A DNA stretch of 64,000 nucleotides from Octopus bimaculoides (Eukaryota). A model generated the notes under the pieces. The model did not search any database, was not told where the DNA came from, and was given only the letters and a program-made list of their open reading frames with translations. The stretch lies in NCBI RefSeq assembly GCF_001194135.2, contig NC_068991.1:53970010-54034009 (forward strand), written 5' to 3'. Numbering within the stretch: position 1 is the first letter of the stretch; every line of letters begins with the position of its first letter. This document shows positions 63,446 through 64,000 of this stretch, piece after piece. The translations under genes and the position numbers were made by a program.

Positions 63446-64000
63446 CATATACAATAGGCTTCTTTCAGTTTTTGTCAACTAAATTCATTCAAAATGCATT
63501 AATTGGCCCAGGGCTGTAGTAGAAGATACTTGCTTAAAGTGTTGCATAGCAGGATAAATCCTGAAACCACATGGTCGCCAAACAGGTTTCATTACTACAC
63601 AACCATATCAGCATTTTCAAAGAAGGCCAATAAATTTTCTATTGAACTCATTAATAACATAGATACTTTTATTTTGACTAAGTAGGAAGACCTTACATTC
63701 AACTAAAAATGTTATGTCACTGGCTGGTGTTTGTATACTGCTGGTGAATGAAAAAGTGTTTTTAGGGCTGTGTGTAGAAGTAACTAACAGCATTCATTAA
63801 CAATTAACAGAAGATTTTCTTACTGCACATAAGGTTTTCTGTGCTGGTCTTTTTATTTATACTAACAGTGACAATTACACACAGGGAGAGACATACTGCT
63901 GGGGTCTATGACAATTTAACTGGTATAGCAATCTGTAGCTGGCCCATCACAACTGGAAAATAATTGAACTATATTCATGGTGACAAAATTTCTGTCTTCT

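Noticed and set aside
1-64000. CRISPR arrays, operons or other prokaryotic systems
   Set aside because: The sequence is spliceosomal-intron-containing animal DNA, and no regularly spaced repeat-spacer array was seen.

Overview
AT-rich, microsatellite- and transposon-dense eukaryotic scaffold with about 14 N-gaps. The SINE families and repeat landscape point to a coleoid cephalopod, most likely Octopus; this is inferred and the species cannot be confirmed. Two genes can be rebuilt by hand from splice sites and reading frame. (1) The last four coding exons of an SLC24/NCKX potassium-dependent Na/Ca exchanger on the + strand (3883-8296); its upstream exons lie outside the window or in a gap. (2) A complete 8-exon, 311-aa tandem-repeat galectin on the - strand (49926-31400). 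The rest is decayed mobile DNA: tRNA-headed SINEs, RTE LINE 3' ends, Penelope-like RT and GIY-YIG fragments, an R4/Dong LINE inside a (TAA)n tract, three Tc1/mariner relics, a Tigger-like MITE, non-autonomous Helitrons and a probable LTR in a (TA)n tract. The most interesting unexplained structure is a set of seven type-I hammerhead-ribozyme-like motifs. Two of them sit in mutually homologous ~360-bp units with ~115-120 bp terminal redundancy (28045-28514 and 42614-43094), an architecture resembling non-LTR retrozymes or Penelope pLTRs. Almost all ORFs in the supplied track are microsatellite or N-gap artefacts. No database searches were possible, so novelty is unverified.
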